A DNA stretch of 63,574 nt, filler included. It is 21 parts of 21 records of this genome, joined end to end, with 100 filler letters (N's around TTAATTAATTAA, not from the genome) between each part and the next. Parts side by side here need not be neighbours in the genome. Positions count along the whole stretch, not along the records: positions 20,213 to 22,244 come from SRR36015645_26891; positions 22,345 to 25,860 come from SRR36015645_28881; positions 25,961 to 28,096 come from SRR36015645_29050; positions 28,197 to 31,148 come from SRR36015645_29516; 17 more parts are not named here. The stretch is one strand, 5' to 3'. Under the pieces are notes generated by a model, which ran no database searches, was not told the origin of the DNA, and was given only the letters and a program-made list of their open reading frames with translations. Position 1 is the stretch's first letter. Every line of letters starts with the position of its first letter. Of this stretch, positions 20,594-31,248 are shown piece after piece. Made by a program: the position numbers and the translations under genes.

Positions 20594-22244
20594 GCACATA
20601 CTTTCTCAGATTATAGACTGCATTAGGTTCTGCGGTGCTTTCGAATTGGCCTTGCGTGGACATGATGAATCAAAAGAGAGTCAAAATCCAGGGATATTTC
20701 GTGGTTTGATCGATTTGATTGCTGATATTGATATCAGAATGGCAGAACATCTAGAGTCGTCAGCCGTTTTCAAGGGCACGTCGAAAAGTATACAGAATGA
20801 GTTATTAGATTGCATGCTACAGGTGTACAACGCTCACGTAATGGCGGAAATTAGGAAAGCAAACTGTTTATCGGTGCAGGCAGATGAAACAACTGACATA
20901 TCCTGTCTTACACAATTTGTTATTATTTTGCGTTACATCACGTACACATGTAACCCAAAGATATGCGAACGCTTTCTTGGCTTCTTTGAAGTTGAAGAAA
21001 GAAATGCAGCTGGGCTATCAAAACTCATTATTCAGGAGTTGGAGGTGAAGAAAGTTAGCAAGGATCAGCTGATTGCTCAAACGTACGATGGGGCGAGTGT
21101 TATGAGAGGCAGTAATAACAGTGTCCAAACCATAGTGCGACAAAATTATCCAAATGCCCATTACTTACATTGCTATGCCCATCAGCTGAATCTCATTATG
21201 CAACAATGCTGCTCTCAAATTTCGGCACTGCGAATTTTCTTTGCTAACCTGGGAAGTATCGGAATATTCTTCTCATCATCACCAAAACGAATGGTAGTTT
21301 TGGATAATGTTTGCAAGAAGCGAATCCCTAGTGGATCCAACACCCGGTGGAATTTCCAAATACGTACCGTAAACGTAGTGTACGAACAGCGCGACCTATT
21401 GATGGAATGCTTGGAAGAAGTAGTGCAACTAAGGTGGGACAGTACGACGCTAAATGAAGCCAGTGGCTTGATACGCTTGCTCAGTGACAGCGACTTTTGT
21501 TTTTATCTAGAGTTCTTCCATCGTGTCATGCCCCACGTGGACATACTCTACAATGTGATGCAGAAGCGCAACATATCGGCTGATTATGTACAACAGGCAG
21601 TCTGCAATTTTCAAGTTGCCATACAACAAATCAGGGATAGCGTGGATACCCTTCCTGGAACAGCAGATAACCCACCGAAGCGGAAACGGGTGGCAAAGTC
21701 TGAACCACGCCATGTGTGTAAAGAGGCATGTGACATTATTCTACACCAAGCTAGCGAGAGGTATTCCAAAGCCAAACACCTTGAAGTGTTCCAGCTTGTA
21801 AACCCACCAAACTTTGCTGATTTTGACAATACATTTCCCACAGAAATTGTGTCTAAAGTACATATAATGTACCCTATGATTCTGTCAGCTAAGCTCAACA
21901 CAGAGTTACATGTTATTTATAGTAGGAGAGACTTCCGTGCTGCCAAAACGGCTTTGTCTTTGTATGAGTTTTTCACCGAGAACATGTTAACAAGTACATT
22001 TTCTGAAACATGCAAGCTACTTGAAATTGTAATCACTACACCACTGTCTTCGGCCGAACCAGAACGGTGCTTTTCAACACTAAAGCGCATCAAAACCTTT
22101 TTGAGAAACACAATGGCAAACGAACGCCTAAATGCCTTAGCGGTGTTGGCAATACAGAAGGAACTAATCAGAGAGATTCCCTCCTTTAATAGTAAGGTAA
22201 TAGAAATGTTTGCCTCGCTGAAGCACCGTAGGAAAGACTTGCTT
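20594..22244 (+). CDS. hAT transposase (ZMYM1-like, DUF4371 + C-terminal dimerisation domain), spliced 3' exon
   Basis: Acceptor TTTTTTTTTAG ends at 20593 and is followed by HILSQIIDCIRFCGAFELALRGHDE. Motifs QADETTD, TYDGASVM, HCYAHQLNL, TRWN, SAEPERCFSTLKRIKTFLRNTM..ERLNALA. Confidence 0.9.
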
Positions 22245-22344
22245 NNNNNNNNNNNNNNNNNNNNNNNNNNNNNNNNNNNNNNNNNNNNTTAATTAATTAA
22301 NNNNNNNNNNNNNNNNNNNNNNNNNNNNNNNNNNNNNNNNNNNN

Positions 22345-23808
22345 TTTGTAGAACTCATTTGTAATCCCATCGTAGCCGGGGGATGTGTTATTACTTGACA
22401 GCTTCAAGGCGCTAGTAAATTCGCTTAGTGATAATGGTCTTTCCAGCAGCTGGCGTTGTTCCTCTGTTAATGCTGGTAGGTCCGAAAGAATTTCATCCAT
22501 GGCTTCTTGCGATACTTGCTCATTCTGGTAGAGGGATGAGTAGTAATTAACCACGTGTTCTCTTATAAGTTCCTGATCATCTGTTGCTTCTTTTTTGTTA
22601 AGTTCCGGTATTATGAGACTTTGTATCGAGTTCTTCCCTACTTCTTCTTTTGCTAGAGAGTAGAAGTATTGTGTTGGCCTGTCGACTTCTTCTATATGCT
22701 TAAATCGAGACTTAATCAATGCCTTGTGTGCTTTACGTTTGAAAATCTGGTTTAGTTCTGATTTCTTTTGCTTGTATTCTTCATTATCCTGCAGGCTTGT
22801 CAGCCCTCTCTTGCTCAGGCAGTTGAGCTCATGCTGTAACTGTTCGGCTAACACTTTTTCTTCTCGTTGCCTTTTGTTAGCGTAGTTTGTAGAGATGCTT
22901 TTGATATTTGCCTTGCATATCTCCCACCATTCATCCAGTCTTCCTACGTAGTTGTTTCTGTTGTTTATCCAGTGTTCAAGACATGTTTTCATAATGTCCA
23001 TATATTCCACGTCCTCCAAAAGAGCATTGTTGAACCTCCAGATGAAAGTTCCTTTCGTTTTGGGTTTTTGTCTTGTCGACTGTAGCTTTAGAAGTACGGC
23101 ATCGTGATCAGATAAGCTGCACGCTTCGATTTCACAAGATTTCACAGCGTTTTTAATATCAGTCGTGCAATATATTCTATCAAGCCGTGCCTTTATTGAC
23201 GAATTTCCTCTTCTCGTTGTAAACGTATATTCTCTGTCTGTATCGTGTAATAATCTCCATACATCTTTTATTCTACTTTTGTTGATAGTGAGTTTCAGTT
23301 TGTCTTGTAGCCTTCTTCGTCTTTCAATTGCATCATCTTGCCGATCTAGTGAAGTATCAATTGTCACATTAAAATCACCCAGTAACAAACATTTCTCAAT
23401 GCCGTTTTCCAACTTGTGTTGTAACAAATTGTCTAAGACTTCGAAAGCTTTTTTATCTTCCTGTGGCATATATATATTGTATGCGTGGTATACACATCCA
23501 TTTGTCTCATATTCGGTATATAAAAGATGTCCTGCATTTAGTTCCGTTGTCTTCTTTATATTAACGTTGCTGTTTTTCTTAATAGCTAGCCCAACGCCAG
23601 AGAATTTTGTCGGTGCCGAATAAAAATAGAATGTATACGGTAGTGATTTCCAAAAAATGTCCTGTGATGCTTTTTGGCTGCTTATATTGGTTTCCTGTAT
23701 GAATACTATGTCTGTGTTTAATAGCAGGAAATATTCGGTGAACTGTTGTGCTCTAGTATGTTGTGAAATTCCGTGAGTATTGATGGTTAAGATATTGTGG
23801 CTAGCCAT
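22345..23808 (-). CDS. Tx1/L1-clade LINE ORF2, APE endonuclease and linker (RT cut off)
   Basis: ILTINTHG, FIQET, LGDFN, RLDRIY, SDHDAV, WRFNNALL, SPGYDGITNEFYK. Confidence 0.93.
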
Positions 23809-23825
23809 TGTAGTTAGTATTGTAG

Positions 23826-25860
23826 TCAGTCGATCTTCCCCTTCTTGTTGCTATCCTTCGTTCTCTTAAGGTATTTCAGTAGATAGTCAATCCGTCTCAC
23901 CACGTTTTTCACATCTCCATTTTCACATAATAATCTGTCCAGTCTTTTGTGACGTCGTTCAAATTCCAATTGTTCAATTAGACCGATGATGTTAGTGTTG
24001 GCAGATACCAATACATCATTTATAACAGCGTCCCTTTTCCTACCTTTGGCTGAATTTAAAAGTTCTTTCAACTCGTGCTTGGACAGCGGATGCACTTCAG
24101 CAAGATCAGCAGCACTCAGGTCCTGCGTCAGTATTGATTCTTGGGATAATTCTGATTCACAGTCACTTTCTTTTTCCCACTGTAATGATACACCGATATG
24201 TTCTTCATTTGCTTTCACGATTTTCTTTGCTGGTTCCGGTTTCTTGAATACACCGTCAATGACGTCACTTGTGTTTAGAACTTGCGTTAACGATACATCT
24301 ATATGTATAGGTTCCATACCCACTGGTGTGCTACATTTCTGCTGTATGCCTGTACCGCTCTGTTCATGTTCTTCCGAGACCTTGTCATCTATATTTACCA
24401 GAACACAGTTGTTCTTCTCTATATTTCTGTCAGGTGTTTCATGTACTTCGTTTGCGTTGCCAGTTTCCATTTCCTCCACTGTTCCTCCGATTCCTGCACA
24501 TGTGTCCTCATTGGCTTGCTTCACTATACATGATGCGTTGTTATCAGGAAAGTCTATTCTGTGAACATCTGCAAATGCTATATTTTTTTCTGTGGATGAC
24601 TTCTTTGTTTTCTTGGCCTTACTTTTTTGTTGCGTCTCCTTTCTCTGTGCATGTGTCTCATCTACCGAATCGTTGTCACATTCAATTGTCTGTGTATTTT
24701 CCAAAACTTCATATATGTTACTTGTTTCTAGTGCAGATTCTGTGGATGTCGATAATTCTGCTTGTTTGTGAGTTCTTTTACCTTTCCTGTCCTGTTCTTT
24801 CCACCCATCAGTTTGTGCGCAACCATTTTTTTCGACACTCTGCACATCACCTTCAACTCTGCCAGTTGTTGATTTGATGCTTTTTACTTCGTGTATATTC
24901 TCTGCACATTTACTGTGCGCCACGCCCCTTCCCGATACTCCTTCGTGGCTAGGGTGTATTTTATTGCCCACTGTGCTCACGTTTTCCTTATAATTTCTAT
25001 TTTCTTTCATTAAGTGATGATCATTTGTTGTTTTCTGTTGTTTTCCTGTCTCAGTTTCCTGTGTGCTTCTGTCATGACCGCCATTCTCGCCCATCCTGTT
25101 GTTGGTTGCTGCATGATGTTGCTGTTTGAAAATCCCCCGTCTTTCAAAATTTTTCCTTTTTTCTTTACATGATGTCTGAATGTGTCCAAACTCAAAACAG
25201 TAGAAGCACAGTGGTTTACCAGGTTCGGATAAATAGATTCTGTAATTCTCGCTTCCAAATTGAATGCTTATCTCGGCAGGGAAAGAAAAGTCATCATCTT
25301 GCGGTTTTATGTAATGAACTTCGCGCCTGAAAGACATTATGTGACGTAACTTCGGGTCCCTAAAACCTGCAGGCACCTGTCTGATTTCTCGCACTTCTAG
25401 ACCCAGTTGATCGGAAAGTGTTTCCACTAGTAAGTTGTCGGGTATTTCTGGGAAAACATTAGACAGAATGATCGAGCTGTACGGTGAGTGTAGCCTTCTC
25501 ACTTCGCGCAAATAACCACCGAAATGAACGCCTGTTGTAGTTAGCAGAGCAGCCTGTTGGACAGTTTTCAGATAGACGATCAGTTTACCTCTCATTTTTG
25601 TGACATGAGTGATCGCATCGCCCCCTACCACCGACACAAAAGCATTGGTGCAGACAATTATACCAAGGTTCTTTTGATCTTGTTCTGTTAGTCTTACAAA
25701 TACAGCCCTTTGTTTTTCCACAAAGTATCTTTCCTGCCTTTCTTTCGTAATCGCTGAGCGGTTATTCTTTACTGTGTCAGAAAATAGGACTGGCTGTGGA
25801 TTTTGATTTCCAGTAGACACCTCGCTGCTCGCATTCTGTAATCCATTCGCAGTTGCTGTA
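23826..25860 (-). CDS. Tx1-like ORF1p with CCHC zinc knuckle (open to the fragment edge)
   Basis: IILSNVFPEIPDNLL and LRHIMSFRREV (typical of Tx1 ORF1), CFYCFEFGHIQTSC and a long disordered tail. Ends 17 nt upstream of ORF2. Confidence 0.88.
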
Positions 25861-26011
25861 NNNNNNNNNNNNNNNNNNNNNNNNNNNNNNNNNNNNNNNN
25901 NNNNTTAATTAATTAANNNNNNNNNNNNNNNNNNNNNNNNNNNNNNNNNNNNNNNNNNNNTGGTGATGAAAAAGCGCTTGTTAGGAGAAAGAATAATAAG
26001 CACCAACAGAC

Positions 26012-27376
26012 ATGATAAAAAATGGTTGGTGCCATAAATTTTTCTTGGTTTTTCAGGCAACGTGTGGAAGTGATGTTGAAAGCTTACAGGAAAAAACTAT
26101 ACCAGTCGATATTAATTGTAACGGAAAAAATAGCGAAAATTTTAATTTTTGCCAAGGGTGTGGAAGGCAGGTGCAATCGGTACAAGGCTTGCTTCGGTCT
26201 ATAGATCAGACGGAAATTTTAAATAGAAAAAAATTTCTTTTTAACAAAGAAACCAAGTACAGTGGTAGGAAAAAAACCCTTAGCACAGAATTCAGTCAGT
26301 TCATCCGGTCTTGGGAACAAGGGAAGGATATGTATAACTGCACTGCAGATGATGTCATAAATTTTCTTATTTGGAAAGATGCGGGAGGGAAAACGCAGGT
26401 GCATGCAGAAAATTGTATTTATTTGGGTCTGCATGGTAAAAAGGAGTGTGATTGTCCGGTGAGATTAGCAGCCACTACTGTGGACTCAATGATAGGCATG
26501 TTACGGGCAATATTCAATGAGATAGGCAGAGAGGAAGATGGGAGGTTAGACTTACAAAATCCAGCGGCACATCCTAAAGTAAAGAAGTACAGAAAACTAA
26601 TGTTTGAAGAGCAGGCACAAGCTTCAATAACTCCAAAACAAAGTCCACCAATATTTATAGATAAATTAGCTGTCCTATCGCGGCATATTGAAGGGAAGAT
26701 ACAAACCTGTACTATTCCTATCCAAAGATACATTTATTCACGAGATCAGGCTTTTTTCAAGCTACAGCTATTCTCAGGAAACAGGCCAGGAGACTTATCT
26801 CAGCTCAAAACCCAAGAAATATTAAGATTCCCCCAGGATGATGGGCTGTTGTTTAACCAAACCTTTGGGAAAACACTTAGAGGTGGAAAATCAAACTTGT
26901 TCGGAGTAAAACGGTGCGGCAACACAACAGTATGTCCAATAAAGGGGGTAGAAGATTATATGTTCATGGCTCGTAGTATGGGGATCATGCTAACACCAGG
27001 TTTCCTTTTCCGGACAACAACAAAAAAGGGGGAAGTAGCAGACGACCCAGCCACCTCGTCCGGTATGAATGTCAGGTTGGAAACTTATCTGTCAGAAATA
27101 GGGATGAACGATGGCGAAACATTACAGGGGTTCAGAGGTGGCTGTGCTATAACTTTAGCGTTAATGGGCTCCGAACTTTCATCAATCATGTCACATGTAG
27201 GTTGGGAGAGGGCACATACAGCAAATTACTACACTAAGATATCCCAGGTCCTCTTTAATGATGCTCCAGCAGAGATGCTTCGCGCGGCAGCAGATGAGGG
27301 AAAAGCCACAGAAAGGAATGAGGAATATCTGCAGAAAGACAGGCTTTTGGCTTTCACTCGAGCTTTTACCCAGTAG
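26012..27376 (+). CDS. Tyrosine recombinase with N-terminal ALOG-type DNA-binding domain (DIRS-type retroposon)
   Basis: ALOG signature FLIWKDAGGKTQVHxxxCxxxGxxxxxxCDCPVRLAATTVDSMIGMLRAIF..NPAAHPKVKKY. YR catalytic motifs SGNRPGDL (R), GKTLR (K), LQGFR ([H]xxR), HVGW and NYY (Y). The start codon is uncertain. Confidence 0.85.
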   Translation: MIKNGWCHKFFLVFQATCGSDVESLQEKTIPVDINCNGKNSENFNFCQGCGRQVQSVQGLLRSIDQTEILNRKKFLFNKETKYSGRKKTLSTEFSQFIRSWEQGKDMYNCTADDVINFLIWKDAGGKTQVHAENCIYLGLHGKKECDCPVRLAATTVDSMIGMLRAIFNEIGREEDGRLDLQNPAAHPKVKKYRKLMFEEQAQASITPKQSPPIFIDKLAVLSRHIEGKIQTCTIPIQRYIYSRDQAFFKLQLFSGNRPGDLSQLKTQEILRFPQDDGLLFNQTFGKTLRGGKSNLFGVKRCGNTTVCPIKGVEDYMFMARSMGIMLTPGFLFRTTTKKGEVADDPATSSGMNVRLETYLSEIGMNDGETLQGFRGGCAITLALMGSELSSIMSHVGWERAHTANYYTKISQVLFNDAPAEMLRAAADEGKATERNEEYLQKDRLLAFTRAFTQ

Positions 27377-27463
27377 TATCGGTTTCGTTAGCAAAATGCA
27401 GGGAGTGACTAAAAAAGCTGGGTACAAAACAAATGGGTTATTTATTTATATTTGTAGCCATCA

Positions 27464-28033
27464 ATGTGGATTGTAGGAGACTCTATCGTTAGAGACCTGG
27501 TGAGCTCGCTGAGCTTCGGGGAAGGATATTGTTCATGCCTTCCGGGGGCGACTTTCAAAACGGTAAACGAGCAGTTTAACTCCCTATTTAATGGAAGGGA
27601 GGATTGGGCGTGCCCGTTAGTACTGCACATAGGAACGAATGAGTTTGGAAAAATTACAGGGCGAACAAGAGCCAGAGAATTGGGATCACTGCTACAAAAG
27701 TTCAGGGTCCTCGTAAAGAGAATAGAGGAGAAATGTCCAAAACTAACAATTTTTATTTCAGAAATACTTCCCCATGACAACTATGTATCCGACACCCCAG
27801 AGACTAATGGGTATATTAGAAAGTTCAACAAGCTATTACTGAAGAATTTTCCGGGAAGGGTGTTAGTTCATCACACAATAAGGGCCCCGATAAAGGCTGG
27901 TAAAGGCAGTGAGATCTTGAGGGATGGCCTACACCTTAGACCGGAAAAGGTATATCTGCTGGCACAACAGTTTGATCAATTGGCAAACACATACTACAGA
28001 GGCTTAAATGAAAACAAAGTAATTCGAATCTAA
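27464..28033 (+). CDS. SGNH/GDSL hydrolase-like protein
   Basis: Block I WIVGDSIVR, block II LPGAT, block III LHIGTNE, block V RDGLHL. Confidence 0.88.
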   Translation: MWIVGDSIVRDLVSSLSFGEGYCSCLPGATFKTVNEQFNSLFNGREDWACPLVLHIGTNEFGKITGRTRARELGSLLQKFRVLVKRIEEKCPKLTIFISEILPHDNYVSDTPETNGYIRKFNKLLLKNFPGRVLVHHTIRAPIKAGKGSEILRDGLHLRPEKVYLLAQQFDQLANTYYRGLNENKVIRI

Positions 28034-28072
28034 GGTGGGGGGCCACCCCATAAGGCACAAGGGCAACACGAG

Positions 28073-28096
28073 AAAAAAAAAAAAAAAAAAAAAAAA
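28073..28096 (+). repeat. Poly(A) run of 24 nt at the fragment end
   Basis: Pure A run starting 40 nt after the SGNH stop codon. Confidence 0.9.
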
Positions 28097-28196
28097 NNNN
28101 NNNNNNNNNNNNNNNNNNNNNNNNNNNNNNNNNNNNNNNNTTAATTAATTAANNNNNNNNNNNNNNNNNNNNNNNNNNNNNNNNNNNNNNNNNNNN

Positions 28197-30259
28197 AACA
28201 GGAGGGCAAGAGAGAGTGTAGAAGAAAGGGAAGTGCGATTAGCAGCAGGGAGAGAAGCTCAGCGAAGACGCATGCTTGGACGACAATCTACTACAGCAAA
28301 CTGTGGACGAGAAACAGATGTTACTGAAATTAGTGAGCAAAATTTGTCACAAATACTGCCAGTTCACTACGCTGGCAACTTTTATCAACAAACATGTAGT
28401 GACTGCAAGGCGTATCGCTGGAAAGATGAAGGCCAATCCATTTGTTGCTCGAAGGGTAAAGTTAAAATGTGCGCAGTGCCGGATCCGCCCAATTTAATGA
28501 AGATATATTTTGAGAGGCAGCACGCTAAAGAATTTCTAGATCACACACGAGCCTACAACAATGCACTGGCTTTGGCATCACTAGGCTGCAATCAAGAAAC
28601 TTCCCCTGGTTTTTCACCTGTGTTCAAGATATCTGGCAAACTCTGTCATAAAATTGGCTCACTGTTACATCAAAACAATGTTTTGCCAAATTTTGCTCAG
28701 CTTTATTTTTACGACACAGGCCATGAAGTGGATAATCGATTAGCACACATATCGAATTTGAACCGGAATATATTAGAATCATTGCAGAATATTCTTCATG
28801 AAAACAATATGTACGTAAAATCTTTTAAATGTGCAATGGAAATAGAAGTGGACGAAAATGTATCGATTACAATATCGGCCGATAAACAGAAAAAACCTGA
28901 TAATGAACACTGCAGGAAATACAATCTTCCACAGGCTTCAGAAGTTGCAGCATTATTGCCAGGTGAACGCTCAGACAAGTTTGATATTGTTGTCTACAAA
29001 CGAGATGGCACATTACAGCGCATCCATACAGTCCATCGGTCCTATGATGCACTTCATTACGTGTTGTTGTTCCCATACGGATCGGATGGCTGGCAGATTG
29101 GCCTCCAGAAGACAAACAAGGCGACATTAACAGCAACAGATTTCTACAGCTATAGGCTTCAGGTACGTGCAGAAGAATTCAACATAGTGATGAGGATGCG
29201 GAAACTTACTCAGCAGTATGCTGTGGACCAGTGGGCCAAGATTGAAAGCAGCAAAATGGCTTGGGTTGCCACGCATCAAAAAACAATCAAGGCGGAAAAG
29301 TACAGTGGCCTCTTTGATGCACAACAGCAAAACGATCTACAGAATGCTGGGACAAGAATCATACTGCCACCAACTATTTATGGTTCTCCTCGATTCTATG
29401 TACAAGCTTTTCAAGATGCAATGACCATCGTGAGAATTCTAGGAAAGCCTGACATATTTATTACGTTCACGTGTAATCCGAAATGGAAGGAAATCAAAGA
29501 TGGTTTGTTCCCAGGTGAAAGTCCGCATGATAGACCGGATTTGGCGTGTAGAGTGTTTCAAATCAAATTGCGTCAACTGATGGATGACATACTTAAGAAG
29601 AATGTGCTTGGCAAAGTCATAGGCCACACTGCTACCATCGAATTCCAAAAACGAGGTCTACCGCACTGCCATCTTCTGCTCATTCTAGATGACGCTAGCA
29701 AACCTCGCACACCTGATATCATCGACAAAATCGTGAGCGCAGAAATACCAGACGTTAATCGCAATCCCCAACTTCACAGTATCATTGTCAGCAATAACAT
29801 ACATGGACCGTGTGGAAACATCAACCAGAACAGTCCATGCATGGATGGCGTTGGTATGCAGAGAAAATGCACAAAGGAGTTCCCCAAAGCGTTCCAACAA
29901 CACACCATTATGACTGAAGATGCATACCCCGAATACCGTAGACGCTCTCCAGAACAAGGAGGCAACACTTACAAACTGAGAGTGAGGGGTAATGACTTCA
30001 CTGTGGACAATTCTTTTATTGTACCATACAATCCGTTGCTGTCACTTCGTTACAATGCTCACATCAATGTCGAAGTTGTACATACAGTCAAGGTGGTCAA
30101 GTATTTGTATAAATACATCACTAAAGGCCAAGATCGAATAATGATGACATTGGAAGGTGATGCCACTGTCCAAAATGAGATCGACAACTTTCTAAATGCA
30201 CGCTACATATCGGCAAGCGAGGCATACTGGAGGATTTACGGATTTAAAATCCATTACAG
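28197..30259 (+). CDS. Helitron RepHel protein, Rep (HUH) region, exon 1 of fragment
   Basis: CCSKGKV, RAYNNALALAS, FAQLYFYD, YDALHYVLLFPYG, ILPPTIYGSPR, FITFTCNPKW, HUH motif EFQKRGLPHCHLL, KYLYKYITKG, ARYISASEAYWRI. Confidence 0.95.
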
Positions 30260-30868
30260 GTAAATAAAACAGCTTAGAAAATTGTGGACTATCACTAATT
30301 AGTACACCTTATCTCTTTTATATATGCTAAACCTGTTTTATGGAAACTTTTGTTTTTATCCAAATGATGCGAAATCATCATCGTTATGAAATTGATAACT
30401 GCAAAACTGAGTTACTTCATGATTGAAGGTAAATTTTAATCAACTTTTTCATATGAAATGTATTTAAATAGGCTTCCATAAATATAACCTGATATCGTCA
30501 TTGAAATGTAGTATAGCCTAACAGAAACAATACTTAGAAATAAACGTGGGTCTAGCCATAAACCAATACTTGAATGTACATCCGTTGATGTTATATCATG
30601 GCATGGGAGCCTGGCCATTAACCATAACTTGGGTATATGACAACAATAATCACCATATTGGATCTAAGCTGAATATTGCAATCTGTTACGGCATTTATTT
30701 GAAAGTTAACTTTATACCGGTACACGGAATGTGAATTGCATATTTGATTCACACATTAACTAGCTGTAAAATATATTGAAATATATATGTGCAGTGGATT
30801 TGGCATTCTTACAATTTCCCCATGGGGCTGCAGTTGGAATCAGTAATTAATATTCTGTTGTATTTCAG
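30260..30868 (+). other. Spliceosomal intron (609 nt, phase 2) in the Helitron RepHel gene
   Basis: Donor AG|GTAAAT and acceptor TTGTATTTCAG|A. Splicing restores the conserved KIHYRYPAVEKLPCHLP. Confidence 0.88.
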
Positions 30869-31148
30869 ATATCCTGCAGTAGAAAAACTACCGTGTCATC
30901 TTCCAAATGAGCAGACAGTAATATTCGAACAGGAACAAGCGGAAGAGGCAATGGCTGCCGGACCACCAGTCACAAAGCTGATGGCATACTTCCAAATAAA
31001 TGCCACAGACCCACAAAGCCGTGATATATTGTATCCTGATTTTCCGAAACACTATGTGTGGAATCAGCCAGGTAAGAAGTGGAAACCACGTAAAATGGCA
31101 CAAATTTCAAGCCTAGGTAGAATACCCATCATCACATTATCAGCACAC
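30869..31148 (+). CDS. Helitron RepHel exon 2 (truncated before the helicase)
   Basis: YPAVEKLPCHLPNEQ..TKLMAYFQIN..LYPDFPKHYVWN..WKPRK..LGRI. Confidence 0.9.
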
Positions 31149-31248
31149 NNNNNNNNNNNNNNNNNNNNNNNNNNNNNNNNNNNNNNNNNNNNTTAATTAA
31201 TTAANNNNNNNNNNNNNNNNNNNNNNNNNNNNNNNNNNNNNNNNNNNN

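Noticed and set aside
23809-23828. TGA-CTA at the end of Tx1 ORF1 as readthrough into ORF2
   Set aside because: An in-frame TAA follows three codons later, and ORF2 starts 17 nt away in another frame with its own ATG.
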